This document shows, piece after piece, positions 59,393 through 64,000 of a DNA stretch of 64,000 nt. This DNA is from Chlorokybus atmophyticus (Eukaryota > Plantae > Mesostigma and Chlorokybus algae). Location: contig RHPI01000810.1 of NCBI GenBank assembly GCA_009103225.1, positions 310,001 to 374,000 of the forward strand, written 5' to 3'. Each line of letters begins with the position of its first letter. Within the stretch, counting starts at the first letter, position 1. Below the pieces are notes generated by a model. The model had not been told where the DNA came from. It worked only from the letters and a program-made list of their open reading frames with translations, and did not search any database. Both the position numbers and the translations under genes were made by a program.

Positions 59393-61116
59393 ATGATGTC
59401 GGCGGCAGCAGTTGAATCACCCTCACCTAGGAGACCATGCTTGGTGTGCCCACAATGCAATGCGTACGTATGTGCCAATGGCCGTAGGCAGCAAATGCGA
59501 GCACACTTGACCGAATGCCAGCGAGTGCAGACAGCGTGCCACGTTTTTAGTGCTGCTTGCTGGCATCACACCACACACAATGTCGACGTGTTTGGCTACC
59601 GCCTCGGCCAAGTGCTGTGCAAGGAACCCGAGTTTTTCCATTGCGTGCAGTGCGTGTGCGAATCGTGCTCGCACTCATGCTTCGAGTGGCGAGGGGAACC
59701 CATGCGCTTCTTCACATGGACAACACCGGGACATGTGGTTAGTGGACAGGTGGTGGATGCTGTGGAGGTAATCCACAAGAGTGGACCGCGACGTATCACT
59801 GCATGTTATGTTGGGCGTATGCTTATTTCATGCATGTTGAAGCTGTTGTCGCATTCAGAGCAGTCTTGCACGGTGTGGGCGTGGGCAGTTCCATCCCCTG
59901 GCCGCTGTAGAGGAGGCAGACCATCGACCATTGGACAGCGCACTGCATCGGCTGCGGAACGCAGTTAAGTTGGGATGCGAGCAGCTGATCGGTGTGAGTG
60001 TCATGGTGCATTGGCCGCTGGATGGGGAATGGTATGCGGGCGTTGTGGAATCATTCAAGCAAGCGTCAGGTCAGCATCGCTTCGTGGCGTGCGAGATTGA
60101 GGACGCATCATATATGCATGGTGCAATGGAAAATGTCTTTGCAGGGCAGCACCGTATAGTATTCGATGACGGTGATCGACCACAAACCATCAACTTCAAA
60201 GGGCACAACGTATTCGCGTACACATCAGTTGACGGGGCACGCCATGTTCTGCGCGCCGGAGGGGAGAACGTCAGTCGCAAAGTAAGCCCGGACGGCATCA
60301 TTGTTAGTCCCTGGCCAGCACCACGGCCAGCCTTGACCACATACACGCCATTTGACAACAAGCTGGGACGCACATGCAGACCAAGGGCACTCGACCTATT
60401 CTGCGGCGGCGGCGGTGCCAGTGTCGGTCTATACCACGCAGGCTTTGACGTGACCGGGATGGACATAAATCCCTCCTCTGAGTACCCGCTGCCCTTCATA
60501 CACCGCGATGTATGCACCCTGAGTGCAGGAGAGCTAAGCGAGTACGAGCTCATCTGGGCCAGTCCACCAGGCCTATTCAGGTGCTATCCCGGCACCTCAA
60601 CGGGCGGCACATGGCACATCCTGGAGACACCAGGATATGATACCGCTCGTCCGACGTCTGCTGCTTGCAAGCCAGGTCAAGTTTGTGATTGAGAATGTGC
60701 CAGGAGCAGCTTCCTCATTCAGACCCAATCTGTCCCTTTGTGGCACGATGTTTGGCCTATCAACTTTCCGACACCGTCTGTTTGAGACACAGCCGGTTGT
60801 AGCGACCCCACCAGCACGCTGCTCGCACGCGGGCAAGGCAGTTGGACTGCTATCGCCGCACCTGTCCGCTAGCGCGAAGAAGACAACCGTGACATCAAAC
60901 GCGCCACAGCAGATGTACCCGGTCTATGGCCTTCCAAGCACCAGGGGCGGCATTGCTGCGTGGCAAACAGCGCTGGGAGTGCCATGGATGACCTCGGCCG
61001 TTTCCATAGCGAATGCAGTTCCTCCCGCAATGGCGGAGTGCATAGGGCGTCTCATGCTTGAAACAATGGATATGCGCTGTGACTACCCTCCTGTGTCATG
61101 GAACTATGAGGCTTGA
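59393..61116 (+). pseudogene. Cys-rich domain + Tudor + C5 DNA cytosine methyltransferase fusion, frameshifted at motif IV
   Basis: In-phase introns 59768-59858 and 60070-60144. Tudor-like VMVHWPLDGEWYAGVVESFKQASG|QHRIVFDDGD. Motif I RALDLFCGGGGAS; motif IV LIWASPP-[frameshift]-AYS; VIENVPGA; LCGTMFGLSTFRHRLFET; motif X IANAVPPAMAECIG. Confidence 0.85.
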
Positions 61117-61342
61117 GTGTGGTGCACTGTATTGATGCTTAATGCCACACGGCGGACTGATTGTTGAATGTTGCATGGATCATTCGATTGTGGTGACAGT
61201 TGTGCAGTGACAGCTGCCCGGTATTGTACACGTCCACATGCAAAAGTCTTAGCATACGATTAGCAATGCCTAACTGACTGATATGCTCCAAACTGAGAGT
61301 AGTGAGACAAGTACATGTGTCACGTGGAAGTGCAGTGAACGT

Positions 61343-64000
61343 TCACCCAATACTTGCCCTCTTGTACACGGGCGCTGTCCTTGTCAAACAGGGGAGCAGC
61401 TGGATAATGCCGTTTACTTGCTCCAGAGTCACGACATCGAGATGTGGACCGCCTCGACGCTTTTCCCATTCCAGAGCGATGCACTTTGTGTCGCTCGTCA
61501 CATCCAGCTTTGTGTACCAGCGGACAAACACGACCTCCTTCCACACGCGCTCGCCGCTACCACCCCACATCACCACGCGCAGAAAAAGGAGTGCCTGAGC
61601 CCACCACGTCACGTTCACACCGTCCTCATCACCTTCCAACTCAAGTGTAGAGAACCAAGGCCGCCCATAGAACATCCCAGTTGCGCGCGCCATGCTGATT
61701 CCTGATGTCATGTACACCGCTGCGCCTCCGTTCACCACGCGAACAGCACGCCACCCGTCGGCCAACTCCAGTTGTTCCCTCCTCAACCAGCTGTCGAGGG
61801 TGGCAGGCAGCTTGTCGACAAATGGAGTCTTTAAGGCGACTTGGCGGCTACGCGCAGATCTGCTCCAGTACGGGCTGGACTCCCTCCTTGTCAACACATC
61901 CATCCGTAGCAACTTGTCCGTCTTCTCCATGACATTACAGCACTGCTGCCGTGCCTGCGCCATGACCAAGCGCATCTCGGGATCCACGACCATGCCATCC
62001 TCTCTCACATATTCCGCACAGCTCCATGCCTTCAGGATACGTGCCTGGTAGTCCCGGTTGTTGTCACCACGCGCCCACCGTTTGATATTTTGGGCGTGCG
62101 TCTGCTCCATGCGGTTGGCGCTGAACCAATCTGGGTGTCCGCTGCTGACAATTGCCGGCCCAAAATGTTTGAACTGATGCATCTTCTCGATCTTCCAAGC
62201 TGACTTCTGTGCAGAATATGACGACAGTAGCGGATGCAACACTGCAGCTTTGAAGGCAGCCAGCTCGCTGTCGGCTGTGGTCAGGGTCTCTCTTGTGTGT
62301 TCATGCGCCTTCAGCAACTTCTTGTTCCACTGGGCAAGCGATGCGGCAGCAATGGTGAAGAAATCGTTGCCCTCACTGTCGAGCAGCAAACCGTTTGCGA
62401 GGACCGGCAGCAGCTGTAGCACCGCCACTTTCTCCACCACCTGAAAGGAGTGGTCGGACAGGAAGAAATCTACTGTGCTTGTGGGTGCCTTGAAGTGCGA
62501 AACCCGTAGAGTCGCCTTGCATGCATTCAGCCTGTGCACATCTGCTCGTGAGCACGTGTTGTTGGCTTTTGTGTTCAACACAAAAGCAACACCAAAGACG
62601 TGCCTGGCCTGCAGAATCTGTCTCGTGGATGGACGCATTCGTTCCTTCGCGGCGTCGTACACAGCAGCAAGCAGGTGGTCAATGATGCCTCCCAGCACAT
62701 GCATTGCGTCAGGGGCAAGACGAGAGTAGCAGTCAGCTCCCGGCACCCGCGACTGTCGCCAACCCCACAGTGCATTCTGTTGCCAAACCACATTGCCTGG
62801 TTTCACGGAAAGCCATTCATCCTCACGAATGCCGGTAATTTGACCATTACCTCCTCGACATGCATGGAGTGCTGCTCTTTGAAAGCCTTGGCTGGCGTGC
62901 ATTCCTAACACCGCTATGCAGGTCCGCCCGCAGCTGACGTATTGCTGGTGTGTAGAAGGCCTCGATTCTCAATTCCCGGTCCTCATCCATCTCCAACAGA
63001 TCTGATTTGGTGACGAGACAAACATCGCAAGGATGTCGTGTTTGGTTGCCCGACACAGTGCGTGCGAGTGTGGCAGTCTCCTACAACACGACAAACTCAG
63101 ATGTTCTACTGACAACTTCCTCCATGCATTGTTTGCTGGCGGGCTGCATCCGGTTACAACCATTCATGCCCACTATCTGCAAATCGCTGATGTAGTTGGC
63201 AAGCGCGGGAAACACACGACGCTCGATGCCATTCGGGTCGATGAGCTGCAGACCTTCCCAACTCGCCCGCTTCACATCCCCTAACACTACATTCAAAGCG
63301 TCATGAAAAATCTCACGTTTCCGAATGGAGAACGATTCCTTGCCCTGCGCCCAGGTGGGATGCCCGGCCACTGCGTGAACCACCGGCAGAAGCGCTATCA
63401 TAACAACCCCCATGTTGCTAGCATACATGTCCCAACTGTAGTTGGCAAGCGATGCCATCAGAGGGTAGCCAGAGCGCTTGCCCGCGCTGTCCAGCGTGGT
63501 CTTGTCACTGTACAGAATGGCAGGCGCCAAGTAGGACGCTTCCCCCACCTCTCTCCTCAAATCCACCTCCACATCCTTCCACCAATCGCCCGTGGAAGGA
63601 TGGCCAAAGCTGTGCTCGTCATCAGTGTACTGGAGATTGAAGCCATTGGCGGCATGTGGATTGCCATACAACCGCGCGAGCCATACCTGCTCCGACCAAG
63701 AGCATTACTTACTATGCTGGCCTCAGAATAGATACTGCATCGATACTGCATTAGGTACTGCATTTCACAGACCTTGGCCGGCATATATGTGACGCAGATG
63801 TCCTGATCCTCAGGGTCTCCAGGCTTGCGCAGGTCAGCCGTCACGTAGTTCTGATACGGCAGCACACTCGCATGTGCATATGTGACATGGCTCTGATGGT
63901 TGAAGCACATGCACCGCACACCGTGAACACACCTCAGACTGAGAGAAAGCAATCGTGGTCCGGAGGTAGCTGGCCGCATGCACACCGGTCTCCCACTGGA
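61343..64000 (-). CDS. Plavaka-family transposase, intron-containing, 5' end beyond the window, possibly frameshifted near 62895
   Basis: PSTGDWW; PAILYSDKTTL...GYPLMASLAN; IFHDALNVVL...GLQLIDPNGIERRVFPALANYISD; HPCDVC; NALWGW...LAPDAMHVLGGIIDHL; KIEKMHQFKHFGPAI..G...MEQTHAQNIK; C-terminal WWAQALLF...VFVRWY...IIQLLP. Confidence 0.82.

Larger units (their letters stand above)
54196..64000. mobile_element. Large cargo-carrying Plavaka-type DNA transposon region (left boundary approximate, right end beyond the window)
   Basis: Plavaka-like transposase at the right, non-housekeeping ORFs in between, repeat arrays at the left, and an abrupt end of host genes after tRNA-Lys. Termini/TSD not found, and a 1-N gap at 58115 weakens contiguity. 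Confidence 0.6.

Noticed and set aside
60555-60580. Programmed ribosomal frameshift or micro-intron restoring the methyltransferase
   Set aside because: No frame at this site contains a Cys codon and there is no usable GT..AG pair, so recoding cannot rebuild the PC motif.
60380-61116. N4-cytosine or N6-adenine methyltransferase
   Set aside because: Motif order FxGxGG, SPP(C)Q, ENV, RxR and NAV is that of C5 enzymes, not the SPPY/DPPY amino-methyltransferases.

Overview
Intron-rich eukaryotic nuclear DNA, most likely from a streptophyte (charophyte-type) green alga. This is an inference from plant-like orthologues plus a plant-type phosphomevalonate kinase. Bases 1-53.9 kb are a compact host gene block: 2OG-Fe(II) oxygenase, an orphan low-complexity gene, a YTH m6A reader inside a near-perfect 5,119-bp tandem array (2.8 copies, ending at a 1-N gap), DCC1, YwrD-type gamma-glutamyltransferase, LSM5, GCNA-like SprT protease, PheRS alpha, a coiled-coil orphan, exportin-T, PSF1, phosphomevalonate kinase, a CMC4-like twin-Cx9C protein and tRNA-Lys(CTT). 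From about 54.2 kb to the window end lies a large, partly decayed DNA-transposon-like region. It holds repeat arrays, an unknown multi-exon ORF, a RING-finger ORF flanked by mirrored ATGGTAC motifs, a spliced Cys-rich/Tudor/phage-type C5 cytosine methyltransferase fusion whose catalytic Cys codon is missing at a frameshift, and a Plavaka-family transposase running off the edge. The best candidate for an undescribed system is this cargo-laden Plavaka element with a chromatin-reader-fused DNA methyltransferase. Secondary highlights are a candidate bicistronic CMC4-PMK locus and palindromic E2F sites just upstream of DCC1 and PSF1. All family calls come from motif recognition by eye; no database searches were run. 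Assembly gaps at 18063, 49170-49360 and 58115 limit contiguity claims.
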